64,000 nucleotides of DNA from an uncultured cyanobacterium (GCA_963697335.1 CAVONQ010000006.1:64001-128000); one strand, 5' to 3'. Shown: positions 20,876-32,436, numbered from the stretch's first letter. Translations and numbers: made by a program. The notes: generated by a model from the sequence alone, not told the origin.

Positions 20876-22171
20876 ATGAAACGCGTTCTCGCCATCATTC
20901 TCGGAGGGGGAGCTGGAACTCGCCTCTATCCACTCACCAAGATGCGCGCCAAGCCGGCTGTGCCTCTGGCCGGCAAGTATCGCCTGATCGATATCCCCAT
21001 CAGCAACTGCATCAACTCGGAGATCAACAAGATCTATGTGCTGACTCAGTTCAATAGTGCCTCCCTGAATCGACACCTGTCGATGAGCTACAACCTCTCG
21101 GCCGGCTTCGGCCAAGGGTTCGTGGAGGTGCTGGCGGCCCAGCAGACGCCCGACAGCCCGAGCTGGTTTGAGGGCACCGCCGATGCAGTGCGCAAATACC
21201 AGTGGCTGTTCCAGGAGTGGGACGTGGATCACTACCTGATCCTCTCCGGCGACCAGCTCTACCGGATGGACTACAGCCTGTTCGTGCAGCACCACATCGA
21301 CAGTGGTGCCGATCTCTCCGTGGGAGCCCTGCCGGTGGATCCAGCCCAGGCCGAGGCCTTCGGCCTGATGCGCACCGACTCTCAGGGCCGCATCCAGGAG
21401 TTCCGCGAGAAGCCCAAGGGTGCGGATCTGGAGGCAATGCGGGTGGACACCGAGAGCCTGGGGCTCTCACGGGAGGAGGCGGCGCTAAGGCCCCACCTGG
21501 CCTCGATGGGGATCTATGTGTTCAGCCGCCAGACCCTCTTTGACCTGCTGAACACCAATCCCACTGCGAAGGACTTCGGTAAAGAGATCATTCCGATCTC
21601 CTTGGCCCGGGGGGATCAGCTGTGCAGCTATCTCTTCAATGACTACTGGGAAGACATCGGCACAATCGGTGCCTTCTATGAGGCGAATCTAGCTCTCACC
21701 GAGCAGCCCAATCCCCCGTTCTCGTTCTACGACGAAAAGTTTCCGATCTACACCCGCCCGCGCTACCTGCCGCCCAGCAAGCTTCAGGACGCCCAGGTCA
21801 CCGAGTCGATCATCGGCGAGGGCTCCCTGCTCAAGGCCTGCAGCATCCATCACTGCGTGCTGGGGGTGAGAAGCCGGGTTGAAAATAACGTGGTGCTTCA
21901 GGACACCTTGGTGATGGGTTCGGATTACTTCGAGTCGTCTGAGGAGCGCAAGGCCCTGAGGCAGCGAGGCGGCATCCCCCTGGGTGTGGGCAGTGGCACC
22001 ACCGTGAAGCGCGCCATTCTCGACAAGAACGTGCGCATCGGCAAAGACGTGACCATCATCAACAAGGATCACGTGGAAGAAGCGGATCGTCCGGAGCTGA
22101 ACTTCTACATCCGTAACGGAATCGTGGTGGTTGTGAAGAATGGCACCATCGCTGACGGCAGTGTGATCTGA
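20876..22171 (+). CDS. glgC: Glucose-1-phosphate adenylyltransferase
   Basis: [47 protein letters not shown]. Confidence 0.97.
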   Translation: MKRVLAIILGGGAGTRLYPLTKMRAKPAVPLAGKYRLIDIPISNCINSEINKIYVLTQFNSASLNRHLSMSYNLSAGFGQGFVEVLAAQQTPDSPSWFEGTADAVRKYQWLFQEWDVDHYLILSGDQLYRMDYSLFVQHHIDSGADLSVGALPVDPAQAEAFGLMRTDSQGRIQEFREKPKGADLEAMRVDTESLGLSREEAALRPHLASMGIYVFSRQTLFDLLNTNPTAKDFGKEIIPISLARGDQLCSYLFNDYWEDIGTIGAFYEANLALTEQPNPPFSFYDEKFPIYTRPRYLPPSKLQDAQVTESIIGEGSLLKACSIHHCVLGVRSRVENNVVLQDTLVMGSDYFESSEERKALRQRGGIPLGVGSGTTVKRAILDKNVRIGKDVTIINKDHVEEADRPELNFYIRNGIVVVVKNGTIADGSVI

Positions 22172-22287
22172 GGCCCCAGGCCTTAATCAGGCCAGGAGAT
22201 GCTGACACAGGCGCCTGGGTTGTGACGGTTCAGCCCCGCTGGCCGGGGCTCTGGCCACACTGAGGACACAGCCCTTTTTCCAACTGC

Positions 22288-23706
22288 ATGGGTACGGCAC
22301 ATTTTGGTCTGATCGGCCTTGGCGTGATGGGAGAGAACCTGGTTCTCAATGCCGAGCGCAACGGGTTTTCGAGCGTTGTCTACAACCGCACCTACGCCAA
22401 GACCGAGGCGTTTCTGCAGGGCCGCGGTGCCGGCAAGGACATTGTCGGGGCCAAGACTCTGGAGGAGTTCGTGGCGGCCCTGGAGCAGCCCAGGCGGATC
22501 CTGATGATGGTGAAAGCCGGCCAGCCGGTGGATGACACCATCGCCTCGATTGCACCCCTGCTGGCGGAGGGAGACCTGCTCATCGATGGCGGCAATTCCC
22601 TGTACGCCGATACGGAACGGCGGGTGGCGGAGCTGGAAAGCAAGAGCTTCGGCTACATCGGCATGGGGGTGTCCGGCGGTGCCAAGGGAGCCCTGGAGGG
22701 CCCGAGCATGATGCCGGGGGGCACCCGCAGCGCCTACGACGCCATCGAGCCCCTGGTGCGCAAGATGGCCGCCCAGGTGGAAGACGGCCCCTGCGTCACC
22801 TACATCGGCCCCGGTGGTGCCGGCCACTTCGTCAAGACGGTGCACAACGGCATCGAGTACGGCATCGAGCAGATCCTGGCCGAGGCCTACGACCTCATGA
22901 AGCGCTGCGGCGGCATGGGCGGTGACGCCATGGCCGATGTGCTGGGCCTGTGGAACACCACCGAGGAACTGGCCTCCTTCCTGGTGGAGATCACCGAGGA
23001 GTGCCTGCGCACCAAGGACCCCGCCAGCGGCGCTGATCTGGTGGAGCTGATCGTGGATGCGGCCGGCCAGAAGGGCACCGGGCTCTGGACCGTGGTGAGT
23101 GCCCTGGAGATGGGGGTGCCGGTGCCCACCATCTATGCCGCCCTCAATGCCCGGGTGATGAGCTCCCTGCGGCCGGAGCGCCTCAAGGCCGAGGCAGTGC
23201 TGCCCGCCCCGCCGGCCCATGCGGTGGATCTCGGCGATGTCGCCGCGGGCCTGCCCCCCCTGCGCGATGCCTGCATCGCCGCCTGCATCGTGAGCTACGG
23301 CCAGGGCATGGCCCTGCTGCAGGAGGCCTCCAAGCTGCACGACTACGCCCTCGACTTCGCGGCGATCGGCCAGATCTGGAAGGGCGGCTGCATCATTCGC
23401 GCCCGCCTGCTGCAACGCATCCAGGATGCCTACACCGCAGCGCCCGAGCTGCCGAACCTGATGCTGGATCCCTGGTTCGCCCAGCAGATCAACCAGCGGC
23501 TGCCGGGCCTGCGTCAGATCGTGGCCGGCGCCGCCCTGGCCGGGATCCCGGTGCCCTGCCTCTCCAGCACGCTCGACTACATCGACAGCTACCGCACCGC
23601 TCGCCTGCCCCAGAACCTGGTGCAGGCCATGCGCGACTGCTTTGGCTCCCACACCTATGAGCGGGTCGATCAGCCAGGATCGTTCCATACCGAATGGATC
23701 AGCTGA
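22288..23706 (+). CDS. gnd: 6-phosphogluconate dehydrogenase (decarboxylating)
   Basis: GLIGLGVMGENL, IDGGNS, GHFVKTVHNGIEYG, QKGTGLWT, RDCFGSHTYER. Confidence 0.97.
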   Translation: MGTAHFGLIGLGVMGENLVLNAERNGFSSVVYNRTYAKTEAFLQGRGAGKDIVGAKTLEEFVAALEQPRRILMMVKAGQPVDDTIASIAPLLAEGDLLIDGGNSLYADTERRVAELESKSFGYIGMGVSGGAKGALEGPSMMPGGTRSAYDAIEPLVRKMAAQVEDGPCVTYIGPGGAGHFVKTVHNGIEYGIEQILAEAYDLMKRCGGMGGDAMADVLGLWNTTEELASFLVEITEECLRTKDPASGADLVELIVDAAGQKGTGLWTVVSALEMGVPVPTIYAALNARVMSSLRPERLKAEAVLPAPPAHAVDLGDVAAGLPPLRDACIAACIVSYGQGMALLQEASKLHDYALDFAAIGQIWKGGCIIRARLLQRIQDAYTAAPELPNLMLDPWFAQQINQRLPGLRQIVAGAALAGIPVPCLSSTLDYIDSYRTARLPQNLVQAMRDCFGSHTYERVDQPGSFHTEWIS

Positions 23707-23716
23707 GGCGTAAGCG

Positions 23717-24463
23717 ATGCAACCTGCCAGCAGCACCCGATCGGAGGGCACGGCCTACACCCTGGAGCGCTGGGAGAGTGGCGAGCAGCTGGCGCACCGC
23801 GCCGCCGAGCTGATCGCCACCGCCATCGACCTGGGCCTGGCCCAGCGGGATCGCTGCCAGATCGCCCTGGCGGGTGGCACCACCCCGGAGGCGGCCTACA
23901 GACGGCTGGGGCAGGAACGACTGGCCTGGGATCGGGTGGATGTGCTGCTGGGCGATGAGCGCTGGGTTCCAGCCGATGACCCGGCCAGCAACACCCTGAT
24001 GCTGCGGCGTTCGCTGCTGGCCCAGCCCCCCGGCAGCGGCGCTCGCCTTCACCCGGTGGCCACGGAGCTGGCCAGTCCGGAGGAAGGGGCCAGGGCCTAT
24101 GCCGAGCTGCTGCGCCTGCTCTGCCCCGGTGATCCGCCGATCCTGGATCTGGTGCTGCTCGGCCTCGGGGACGATGGCCACACCGCCTCCCTGTTTCCGG
24201 GCACCGGCGCCGCCCTGGAGCGCCAGCGGCTGGTGACCGTGGGCGAGGGCAAGGGACTGCCCCGGATCACGCTCACGGCGCCCGTGCTGTCGGCAGCACG
24301 GCGGGTGATCTTCCTGGTGAGTGGTGCGGGCAAGGCCGAGGCCCTGCAGCGGCTGCTGGATCCCATGGAACCTGCGGAGCGCACCCCGGCGCGGCTGGTG
24401 CAGCCCTCCTCCACCATCACCGTGCTCGCCGACCATGCAGCGGCAGCGGCCCTGGCGCCGTGA
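23717..24463 (+). CDS. pgl: 6-phosphogluconolactonase
   Basis: ALAGGTTP, GDERWV, LLGLGDDGHTASLFP, RITLT; follows gnd. Confidence 0.93.
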   Translation: MQPASSTRSEGTAYTLERWESGEQLAHRAAELIATAIDLGLAQRDRCQIALAGGTTPEAAYRRLGQERLAWDRVDVLLGDERWVPADDPASNTLMLRRSLLAQPPGSGARLHPVATELASPEEGARAYAELLRLLCPGDPPILDLVLLGLGDDGHTASLFPGTGAALERQRLVTVGEGKGLPRITLTAPVLSAARRVIFLVSGAGKAEALQRLLDPMEPAERTPARLVQPSSTITVLADHAAAAALAP

Positions 24464-25002
24464 TGGACATCGTGACGGGGGATGGCTTCAGCGGCTGGCA
24501 GGCCCTGAACGACACGATCATGGGGGGCCGCAGCCAGGGGCGCTGCCAGGCCGGCCCTGGCGGTCTGCAGTTCACGGGCGAGCTGGTGGAGGAGGGTGGT
24601 GGGTTCGTGAGCTGTCGTTCGCCCCTGTTCTCGCCGCCCCTGGATCTCTCCAGCGCTGAAGGCCTGGAAGTGGAGCTGGTGGGCGCTGGGCGGCGCTTCA
24701 AGCTGGCGGTGGCCTGCGCGGATGGGGTGGCTGGCCTCACGGAACTGATCCCAGGCGGTCTGCGCTGGGTGGTGGAGTTCGCCACCCAGGCCGAGGGCAG
24801 CACGCAGCTGAGGATTCCCTTCAGCAGCCTGCGCCCCTCGGTGCGGGCCCGGCCGGTGGGCCTGCCGCTGCGCTTTGATGCCTCCCGCATCAACCGCCTG
24901 CAGCTGCTGCACTCCCGCTTCGGCGATGACGGCAGCCCCAATGCGGGCTTCCGGCCTGGCCCGATCGTCTTTGACCTCCAGGCCATTCGCACCTATCCCT
25001 GA
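24460..25002 (+). CDS. CIA30 (complex I intermediate-associated protein 30) family protein
   Basis: WQALNDTIMGGRS, GGFVSCRS, DLSSAEGLEV, IPFSSL. Confidence 0.85.
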   Translation: MMDIVTGDGFSGWQALNDTIMGGRSQGRCQAGPGGLQFTGELVEEGGGFVSCRSPLFSPPLDLSSAEGLEVELVGAGRRFKLAVACADGVAGLTELIPGGLRWVVEFATQAEGSTQLRIPFSSLRPSVRARPVGLPLRFDASRINRLQLLHSRFGDDGSPNAGFRPGPIVFDLQAIRTYP

Positions 25003-25444
25003 CCCCAGCTGCCTGCCCGAGGCCGACCTGGCCCAACGCGTGGCGGCGGCGGCCGACCTCTGCCGCAAGCCGTTGCGCCACGCCGTGCTGGCTACCACCG
25101 ACCCCGCCAACCCGGACGCGACCAGCCTGGAGCAGGTGGCCGAGCCAGGTGATTGCTGCCTGAAGCTGGAGGTGCGCAGCCCTGCCGGCGAACGCCTTGC
25201 TGAGGAGGATCTCGAACTGGAGCTCTACCGCAGTGGCGATGACCTCCACCTCACCCTGGCCTGGGCCGCGGACCCGGAGCTCCCCATGCTGTGGCAGGGA
25301 CGCCATCCGGTGTGGATGAGCAGCAACGGCAGCCGCTGTGAGCGGCCAGCGGCTGGCTTGCCACTGGAAGCGCTGGCGCGGCGGCTGCGGGCCCTGCTCA
25401 GGCCGGAACCACTCACTCCTGATCCGCTCAGGCCAGATCGGTGA
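24971..25444 (+). CDS. Hypothetical protein
   Basis: Host-like codon usage ([12 protein letters not shown]...LELELYRSG...[10 protein letters not shown]); TTG 24971 start is a guess. Confidence 0.6.
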   Translation: MTSRPFAPIPDPSCLPEADLAQRVAAAADLCRKPLRHAVLATTDPANPDATSLEQVAEPGDCCLKLEVRSPAGERLAEEDLELELYRSGDDLHLTLAWAADPELPMLWQGRHPVWMSSNGSRCERPAAGLPLEALARRLRALLRPEPLTPDPLRPDR

Positions 25445-27098
25445 CGGCCCCCAGGCTGCTGCTGCTCACCAGGCGGGCGTACTTGCCCAGAACGCCGGTG
25501 CGGTAGCGGGGTTCGGGGCGCACCCAGGCCGCCCGCCGGCGCTGCAGCTCCTCGGCGGGCACGTTGAGCTGCAGCAGCAACTGATCCGCATCCACGGTGA
25601 TGCTGTCGCCCTCCTGCACGAGGCCGATGGTGCCGCCGACGGCCGCTTCCGGTGCCACGTGGCCCACCACCAGGCCGTAGGAACCGCCGGAAAAGCGGCC
25701 ATCGGTGATCAGGGCCACCGATTCCCCCAGCCCCTGGCCCACGATCGCGGCGGTGGGGGAGAGCATCTCCCGCATGCCCGGGCCGCCCACCGGGCCCTCG
25801 TAGCGCACCACCACCACATCACCGGCATGGACACCGCCGGCCAGGATCGCCTCCAGGGCACTCTCCTCACTCTCGAACACCCGCGCCGGCCCGGTGATCA
25901 CCGGGGTCTTGACGCCTGAGATCTTGGCCACGGCCCCCTCCTCGGCCAGGTTGCCCTTGAGGATCGCCAGGTGGCCCTTGGCGTAGAGGGGATTGCTGAG
26001 CGGGCGGATCACATCCTGGTCTGCCGGTGGAGTGGAGGGCACGTCGGCCAGCACCTGCCGCAGGGTGCGGCCCTCGATCGTGCGGCAGTCGCCGTGCAGC
26101 AGGCCGGCATCCAGCAACAGCTTCATCACCTGGGGAATGCCCCCGGCCCGGTGGAGATCCACCGTCACGTAGCGACCGCTGGGCTTGAGGTCGCAGATCA
26201 CCGGCACCCGCTGCCGGATCAGCTCGAAGTCGTCGATGCTGAGGGGCACGCCGGCCGTACGCGCGATGGCCAGCAGGTGCAGCACCGAATTGGTGGAGCC
26301 GCCCACGGCCATGATCACGCTGATGGCATTTTCAAAGGCCTCCCGGGTGAGCAGATCGCGCGGGCGGATGTCCGCGGCGATCGCCTGCACGAGCACCTCG
26401 GCGGAGCGGGCGGCACTCTCGGCCTTCTCCGGGTCTTCGGCCGCCATGGTGGAGCTGTAGGGAAGGCTGAGGCCCAGCACCTCGAAGGCCGAACTCATCG
26501 TGTTGGCGGTGAACATGCCACCGCAGCTGCCGGCACCGGGGCAGGCGTTCTTCTCGATGGCGGTGAGCTCGGCCTCGTCGATGCGGCCGCCGGAAAACTG
26601 GCCCACGGCCTCAAAGGCGCTCACCACGGTGAGATCGCAGGGCCCGAGTTTGCCGGGTTTGATCGTGCCGCCGTACACGAAGATCGCCGGGATGTTCATG
26701 CGGGCCATGGCCAGCATGGCTCCAGGCATGTTCTTGTCGCAGCCGCCCACCGCCAGCAGGCCGTCCATGCTCTGGGCGTTGCAGGCGGTTTCGATCGAGT
26801 CGGCGATCACTTCGCGGCTCACCAGGGAATACTTCATCCCCTCGGTGCCCATGGAGATGCCATCACTCACCGTGATGGTGCCGAAGGTCTGGGGCATCGC
26901 CCCGGCCAGCTGGGCGGCCTGCTCGGCCCGGCGGGTGAGGTCGTTGAGGCCGAGGTTGCAGGGCGTGATCGTGCTGTAGCCGTTGGCGATGCCGATGATC
27001 GGCTTGCCGAAGTCGCCGTCGCCGAAGCCCACCGCCCGCAGCATGGCCCGGTTCGGGGAACGCTGAACGCCCTGGGTGATGGCAGCGGATCGGAGCAT
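25428..27098 (-). CDS. ilvD: Dihydroxy-acid dehydratase
   Basis: [48 protein letters not shown]. Confidence 0.97.
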   Translation of the reverse strand: MLRSAAITQGVQRSPNRAMLRAVGFGDGDFGKPIIGIANGYSTITPCNLGLNDLTRRAEQAAQLAGAMPQTFGTITVSDGISMGTEGMKYSLVSREVIADSIETACNAQSMDGLLAVGGCDKNMPGAMLAMARMNIPAIFVYGGTIKPGKLGPCDLTVVSAFEAVGQFSGGRIDEAELTAIEKNACPGAGSCGGMFTANTMSSAFEVLGLSLPYSSTMAAEDPEKAESAARSAEVLVQAIAADIRPRDLLTREAFENAISVIMAVGGSTNSVLHLLAIARTAGVPLSIDDFELIRQRVPVICDLKPSGRYVTVDLHRAGGIPQVMKLLLDAGLLHGDCRTIEGRTLRQVLADVPSTPPADQDVIRPLSNPLYAKGHLAILKGNLAEEGAVAKISGVKTPVITGPARVFESEESALEAILAGGVHAGDVVVVRYEGPVGGPGMREMLSPTAAIVGQGLGESVALITDGRFSGGSYGLVVGHVAPEAAVGGTIGLVQEGDSITVDADQLLLQLNVPAEELQRRRAAWVRPEPRYRTGVLGKYARLVSSSSLGAVTDLA

Positions 27099-27127
27099 GG
27101 CCTCAGCGGAAAGTGCCTGCAAGCAAC

Positions 27128-27490
27128 CTACCGAGGGCCCTGCCGGCCGATGCTGAGGCTCTCCAGCTGGCGGCGCACATCCTCGATGGCCTCGTTGAGC
27201 TGGTGCACCTTCTGGTGCAGCTCCCGGTCGTTGCTGGCCGTCAGGGAGGCCGGTGCCGGCAGGCCCTCCACCGCCCCGCCGCTCTCCTGCAGTCGCGAGA
27301 GCCGCAGCACCCGCTGCTGACGCATGCTGCCGCGGCGCTGGTCCGCTTTTGACAGCAGCCACCAGCCCAGGCCGGCTGCGCCGAGCACGGCCCCGGCCAG
27401 GGCACTGATCAGCAGGGCCGAGGAGCCGCCGCCTGCGGCGCTGGCCGCCGCACCGCCCGGGTGTCCCTGACCAGCCTGGCGATCAGCCAT
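27128..27490 (-). CDS. Hypothetical membrane protein with C-terminal coiled coil
   Basis: TM segment [42 protein letters not shown]. Confidence 0.7.
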   Translation of the reverse strand: MADRQAGQGHPGGAAASAAGGGSSALLISALAGAVLGAAGLGWWLLSKADQRRGSMRQQRVLRLSRLQESGGAVEGLPAPASLTASNDRELHQKVHQLNEAIEDVRRQLESLSIGRQGPR

Positions 27491-27514
27491 CAGCAGCGCA
27501 CAAGTGTGCCAACC

Positions 27515-28171
27515 CTAGGCAGAGGCGGCGGCGGGGACGACAGCTCCGTTCCCCGGAATGCCGAAGAGTCGCTCGGCCACGGCACCGATGCCTGGATCAA
27601 TCGCCCCCTCGCCGGTCAGGTCGGGATCGATGCAGCCGGCATAGAGGGTGAGGCTGGGGAACTGCTCACCGATGGCCTTCAGGCCCGGCGAGGCCACCAG
27701 GGCCGTGATCACCCGCAGCCGTTCGCCCTCAACCCCCCGCTGCCGCAGTTGGTGGAGCAGCTCCAGCAGGCTGTGGCCGGACGCCACCTCCGGCGTGAAC
27801 ACCAGCACGCCGCAACGGCTCTCGATCTCTGCTGGCAAGAGGGTGCCAAGGCGGTCCACGTGGCGCACACGGGCCGCCGGCAACACAGCCCGGGCCCCAT
27901 CCCAGAGCCCCAGGCCCGCGGTGAGCACGGGCAGGGCCAGGATCGGCACCTCCCCATCCACCACCCGCCCCTCGGTGGCGCCCAGGCAGCCCTCGATCGG
28001 GGTGTTGCGCTGGGGCAACCAGTCGCGCACAGCCTCGTAGGTGAGCCAGCGACCCAACTCAGCCGTAGCGGTGGCATAGACGGCCGCTGGGGTGTGCCTG
28101 CTGCGCAACACACTGAGCCAGTGGCCGATCAGGGGGTGGGGGGGAACCACCACCCGCAGGGTCATCCCCAT
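27515..28171 (-). CDS. upp: Uracil phosphoribosyltransferase (divergent)
   Basis: HPLIGHWLSVLR, ELGRWLTYEA, PVLTAGLGL, IDPGIG. Confidence 0.85.
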   Translation of the reverse strand: MGMTLRVVVPPHPLIGHWLSVLRSRHTPAAVYATATAELGRWLTYEAVRDWLPQRNTPIEGCLGATEGRVVDGEVPILALPVLTAGLGLWDGARAVLPAARVRHVDRLGTLLPAEIESRCGVLVFTPEVASGHSLLELLHQLRQRGVEGERLRVITALVASPGLKAIGEQFPSLTLYAGCIDPDLTGEGAIDPGIGAVAERLFGIPGNGAVVPAAASA

Positions 28172-28210
28172 GGTTGCCATAACTTGATGCCTCACCGTAG
28201 TTGTGCGTCC

Positions 28211-28735
28211 ATGGCCGGCACCCGCTCGCCGCTCCACCCCCTGTCACGCCTGCTGCTGGTCGGCGTGCTCTTGCTGGGGGTGCTGGTCGGTGGGTCCCCG
28301 GCGGCCCTGGCGATCACCGCCCCCGAGCTGCGTGGCCAGCGGGCCGTCCAGGATCTGCAGCCGGACATGCACGGCCGCAACCTGCGTCAGCAGGAATTTC
28401 TCAAGGCCAGCCTGGATGGCTTCGACTTCAGCGAGGCCGACCTGCGCGGCGCCGTGTTCAACGGCAGCTCCCTGCGGCAGGCGAATCTGCAGGGAGCCAA
28501 CCTCGAAGACGTGGTGGCCTTCGCCAGCCGCTTCGACGACAGCAACCTGGAGGGGGCGGTGCTGCGCAACGGCATGCTGATGCAGAGCCGCTTCCGCGGC
28601 AGCCAGATCGAAGGGGCCGACTTCACCGACGCCGTGCTCGACCTGCCCGAACAGAAGGCGCTCTGCGCCCGTGCCAGCGGCACCAATCCGCTCACCGGCG
28701 TGAGCACCCGCGAGAGCCTCGCCTGCCGCCCATGA
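28211..28735 (+). CDS. Pentapeptide repeat protein with signal peptide
   Basis: ADLRG/ANLQG/ANLED/SNLEG/ADFTD repeats; C-terminal LC...GTNPLTGVSTRESLAC. Confidence 0.9.
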   Translation: MAGTRSPLHPLSRLLLVGVLLLGVLVGGSPAALAITAPELRGQRAVQDLQPDMHGRNLRQQEFLKASLDGFDFSEADLRGAVFNGSSLRQANLQGANLEDVVAFASRFDDSNLEGAVLRNGMLMQSRFRGSQIEGADFTDAVLDLPEQKALCARASGTNPLTGVSTRESLACRP

Positions 28736-29814
28736 CAACCCAACCTTCCCTCCGTCTTCCCGTCACCGTGGTGACCGGCTTTCTGGGCGCCGGCAAGACC
28801 ACCCTGCTGAGGGAGCTGCTGTTGCATGGAGGCCAGCGTTTGGCCGTGCTCGTCAACGAGTTCGGCGAGGTGGGGCTCGATGGAGCTCTGCTGCGCAGCT
28901 GCGGCTTCTGCCCTGAAGAGGAGATCGGCTCGCGCCTGGTGGAGCTCACCAACGGCTGCCTCTGCTGCACGGTGCAGGACGACTTCCTGCCGACCATGCA
29001 GCAGCTGTTGGAGCGCGCCGACCAACTCGACGGCATCGTGGTGGAAACCAGCGGGCTGGCCCTGCCGGAGCCGCTGCTGGCCGCCCTGGGCTGGCCCGAG
29101 ATTCGCAGCCGCACCTGGGTGAACGGCGTGGTCACGGTGGTGGATGGGGCGGCCCTGGCCCAGGGGTCGGTGGTGGCGGACCCGGCGGCCCTGGAGGCCC
29201 AGCGCCTGGCCGATCCAAGTCTTGACCATCTCACTGCCATCGATGAGCTGTTCGCGGAACAACTCGAGTGCGCTGATCTGGTGCTGGTGAGCCATGGCGA
29301 TCAACTCGATGCTGCTGGTCTTGAACGCATCCGGGAGCGGGTGACCCCGCTGGTGCGCCCCGGCACACCGCTGTTGCCCATGGAGCGCGGTGGCATCGAT
29401 CCGGCCCTGGTGCTGGGGATGGCCACAACACAGCCTCAAGGTGAGCAGCCTGAGCAGCACCACGACGAGGCGGATCACGACGAGGCGGACCACGACCATC
29501 ACGACCACACCCATGTGGCCATGGAGTCGGTGGTGCTGGAGTGGAGCGGTGAGCTGGAGCGCAAGGCCCTCGAGGCGGCCATCCGCAGCCTCTGCCAGGA
29601 GCAGGGGATTGTGCGGGTGAAGGGACGGCTCTGGTTGCGAGGCAAGGACAGGCCCCTGGTGCTGCAGGCGGTGGGCCCGCGGCTGGAGAGTTGGTTTGAG
29701 GCCGCTGCCGAGCCCCGTGCCCCGGGGGTGGACCTGGTGCTGCTGGGCTTCGGACTCGACCGGGAGCAGCTGGAGCAGGCCCTGTTCCAAGGGGCCTTGG
29801 TCCAGGCGCCTTAA
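28732..29814 (+). CDS. cobW: CobW/COG0523 metal-chaperone GTPase
   Basis: VTGFLGAGKTT, VNEFG, GCLCCTVQDDF, VETSGLALP, His-rich linker. Confidence 0.9.
   Translation: MTTQPSLRLPVTVVTGFLGAGKTTLLRELLLHGGQRLAVLVNEFGEVGLDGALLRSCGFCPEEEIGSRLVELTNGCLCCTVQDDFLPTMQQLLERADQLDGIVVETSGLALPEPLLAALGWPEIRSRTWVNGVVTVVDGAALAQGSVVADPAALEAQRLADPSLDHLTAIDELFAEQLECADLVLVSHGDQLDAAGLERIRERVTPLVRPGTPLLPMERGGIDPALVLGMATTQPQGEQPEQHHDEADHDEADHDHHDHTHVAMESVVLEWSGELERKALEAAIRSLCQEQGIVRVKGRLWLRGKDRPLVLQAVGPRLESWFEAAAEPRAPGVDLVLLGFGLDREQLEQALFQGALVQAP
29461..29490 (+). repeat. Tandem 15-bp repeat encoding HDEAD x2 in the CobW His-rich linker
   Basis: cacgacgaggcggat cacgacgaggcggac, followed by cacgaccat cacgaccac. Confidence 0.85.
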
Positions 29815-30194
29815 TCCAGGGGAAGCTCGCCCTGGGCGCAGACCCCGTCCCAGCACAGAGCGGGGTCCTCAGTCCAACGGGCCTCCACCGGAATCCAGGC
29901 TGGCGATGGGTCCACCGGGCTGGGGCGCTGCATGGTCACGGCACCGCGGCCGTCATGGCGGAACTCCAGGCGCTGGTCGTCGAGCAGCAGGCTCCAGCGC
30001 ACGCCCAGCTGCTCCACCAGCAGGCTGCAGTCACGCCAGGGACCGCTGCCCTCACGACAGCGCAGGGCGATCGGCTCCAGAGGTCGCTGGTGTTCCTCCC
30101 CGGCGGGAGCCCCGTCAGGCGCGGCACTGGCCAGGGCTGGCAGCAGAAGCAACAGCAACGCCAACAAGAGGCCGTGACCGAGGCGAGCCCGCAT
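29811..30194 (-). CDS. Hypothetical secreted protein with four Cys
   Basis: Signal peptide [17 protein letters not shown]...C and [10 protein letters not shown]. Confidence 0.7.
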   Translation of the reverse strand: MRARLGHGLLLALLLLLLPALASAAPDGAPAGEEHQRPLEPIALRCREGSGPWRDCSLLVEQLGVRWSLLLDDQRLEFRHDGRGAVTMQRPSPVDPSPAWIPVEARWTEDPALCWDGVCAQGELPLD

Positions 30195-30286
30195 GCTGTG
30201 TGCTCCGCAACGACCTCTTCACCCTGTCCACGCCCAGGGGAAGGGGCCCATCGGGCTGCCAAGATTTAACAAACTACGGCTGTGTC

Positions 30287-30571
30287 GTGCCCGTCTTCAG
30301 CGCTCGCGTGCAGGTGTCCCTGCGACCTTCGGTTCTCGACCCCGCTGGGGAGGCCACCAGGGCGGCAGCGGCCCGTCTGGGGGTGACCAGCCTGCGCCGG
30401 CTGCGGATCGGCAAGGCGATCGAGCTGGAGCTGGAGGCCACCGATGCCACTGCGGCCCGCGAGCAGGTGGAACTCCTGGCGGAGCGGCTGCTGGCCAACC
30501 CGGTGATCGAGAACTGGAGCCTGGAGATCCAGGAACACCCCGCCGCCCAACCCGCGGGAGCGCCGCTGTGA
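30287..30571 (+). CDS. purS: Phosphoribosylformylglycinamidine synthase subunit PurS
   Basis: [30 protein letters not shown]. Confidence 0.95.
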   Translation: MPVFSARVQVSLRPSVLDPAGEATRAAAARLGVTSLRRLRIGKAIELELEATDATAAREQVELLAERLLANPVIENWSLEIQEHPAAQPAGAPL

Positions 30572-31221
30572 GCGTTGGCATCGTGGTGTTTCCAGGCTCC
30601 AACTGCGACCGGGATGTGCGCTGGGCCCTGGAGGGGTGCCTTGGGCTGACCACCCGCTTCCTCTGGCACGAGGAGCGCGACCTTGGCGGGCTCGATGCCG
30701 TGGTGTTGCCTGGGGGCTTCAGCTACGGCGACTACCTGCGCTGCGGCGCCATTGCCCGCTTTGCTCCCGTGCTGGAGGAGGTACGCCGCTTTGCCGAGGC
30801 CGGGGGGCCGGTGCTCGGCATCTGCAACGGCTTCCAGGTGCTCACCGAGATGGGGCTCCTGCCCGGGGCGCTCACCCGCAATGGCCGCCTGCACTTTCTG
30901 TGTGAGCCAGCGCGGCTGGAGGTGAATCCTGGCCCTTGCCGCTGGCTGCAGGGCTACGGGAGACAGGAGCAGATCAGTCTGCCGATCGCCCACGGGGAAG
31001 GCCGCTATCAGGTGGAAGCTGACGACCTGAAAGCCCTGGAGGAGCACGGCCAGGTGGTGCTGCGCTACGCCGCCAACCCAAATGGCTCGGTGGGAGATGT
31101 GGCCGGCCTGTGCAACAGGGCCGGCAACGTGCTGGGGCTGATGCCCCACCCGGAGAGGGCGTGTGACCCTGTCCTGGGGGGCATCGATGGAGCCCGACTG
31201 CTGCAGAGCCTGCTCAGCTGA
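30568..31221 (+). CDS. purQ: Phosphoribosylformylglycinamidine synthase subunit PurQ
   Basis: [40 protein letters not shown]. Confidence 0.96.
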   Translation: MSVGIVVFPGSNCDRDVRWALEGCLGLTTRFLWHEERDLGGLDAVVLPGGFSYGDYLRCGAIARFAPVLEEVRRFAEAGGPVLGICNGFQVLTEMGLLPGALTRNGRLHFLCEPARLEVNPGPCRWLQGYGRQEQISLPIAHGEGRYQVEADDLKALEEHGQVVLRYAANPNGSVGDVAGLCNRAGNVLGLMPHPERACDPVLGGIDGARLLQSLLS

Positions 31222-31804
31222 CGGCCGCGAAGAAGTCTTTGGACTTCACGGGGTCGGGATTCATGGTCTTGTCGCCGGGCTGCCAGTTGGCGGGGCACAC
31301 CTCATCGGGGTGGCTCTGCACGTACTGGAAGGCCTGCAGCACCCGCAGGGTTTCGTCAACGCTGCGGCCCACGGGCAGGTTGTTGATCGTGCTGTGCATG
31401 ATCACGCCCTCGGGATCGATGACGAACAGGCCGCGCAGGGCCACGCCGGCCTCCTCATCGAGAACTTCGTAGGCGCGGGCGATCTCCTTTTTGAGATCGG
31501 CCACGAGGGGGTAGCTGATGTCGCCGATGCCGCCGTTCTTGCGGTCGGTCTGAACCCAGGCCAGGTGGCTGAATTCACTGTCAACGGACACACCCAGCAC
31601 CTCGGTGTTCTTGCTGGTGAAGTCGCCGTAGCGATCGGAGAAGGCGGTGATCTCCGTGGGGCACACGAAGGTGAAATCGAGGGGGTAGAAGAAGAGCACC
31701 ACGTACTTGCCGCGGTACTGGGAGAGCGAGATCTGCTTGAACTCCTGGTCCACCACGGCAGTGGCCGTGAAATCAGGGGCCTGCAGGCCGACGAGGCGGG
31801 TCAT
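31214..31804 (-). CDS. 2-Cys peroxiredoxin (AhpC/Tsa)
   Basis: [15 protein letters not shown] and EVCPANW. Confidence 0.95.
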   Translation of the reverse strand: MTRLVGLQAPDFTATAVVDQEFKQISLSQYRGKYVVLFFYPLDFTFVCPTEITAFSDRYGDFTSKNTEVLGVSVDSEFSHLAWVQTDRKNGGIGDISYPLVADLKKEIARAYEVLDEEAGVALRGLFVIDPEGVIMHSTINNLPVGRSVDETLRVLQAFQYVQSHPDEVCPANWQPGDKTMNPDPVKSKDFFAAVS

Positions 31805-31946
31805 GCGCAAGGGAAAGCGAGGGGGCGGAAGCGGCAACCGGGCTCGCTTCAGCGAACTCGATCCGACTTCCAGTTACGTACAACAATTTATCACAACCCC
31901 GCGCAGGCCAGGCCATAGGCTGAAGCTCGTTTCGGAAGTTGATGGG

Positions 31947-32267
31947 ATGGGTTGGGATCCAAGCGTGCTGCGCAAGTACAACACCACGGGACACTTCCGC
32001 CTGCTCAGTCAGCTGCGTGGTGAACTGAAGGCCCAACCCCTGGTACGCCCCAAGGAGGGCCAGACCATCGGCGAGGTGAACCGCAGCAAGGGACTGATCC
32101 GGGCGATGGAGGCCCGGGGCCCAGGCCGCAGCCGCCGGGCCGAAGCGGCGGCCCAGGCCGCAGCCGCCTTCCCCGTGGTGGTGAGCGACGAGAGCCTGGA
32201 GGCCGCCCAGCGGGACCCTGAACTGGCTCTGCTGACCAGCATCCAGACCCCTGACGGCGACGCGTAA
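31947..32267 (+). CDS. Hypothetical protein
   Basis: MGWDPSVLRKYNTTGHFRLLSQLR; host-like codon usage, divergent from the peroxiredoxin gene. Confidence 0.7.
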   Translation: MGWDPSVLRKYNTTGHFRLLSQLRGELKAQPLVRPKEGQTIGEVNRSKGLIRAMEARGPGRSRRAEAAAQAAAAFPVVVSDESLEAAQRDPELALLTSIQTPDGDA

Positions 32268-32436
32268 CGAGCATCAGCCCACCACTGCACAAGGCCTGGT
32301 TCCCTTGGTTCCCTGGCGGCTCTCTGGGTCAAATTTGCTGTAACGACAGCACCGTTACGGCAATCTGAACCGTGAGATTGTGCTCTAGGCAGCTGAGTTC
32401 GATCAGGAACTTGGCTGAAAAACCCCACAATCAAAA

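Noticed and set aside
29455..29515. His/Asp repeat in cobW as a CRISPR-like or novel repeat
   Set aside because: In-frame His-rich linker typical of COG0523 proteins; no spacers
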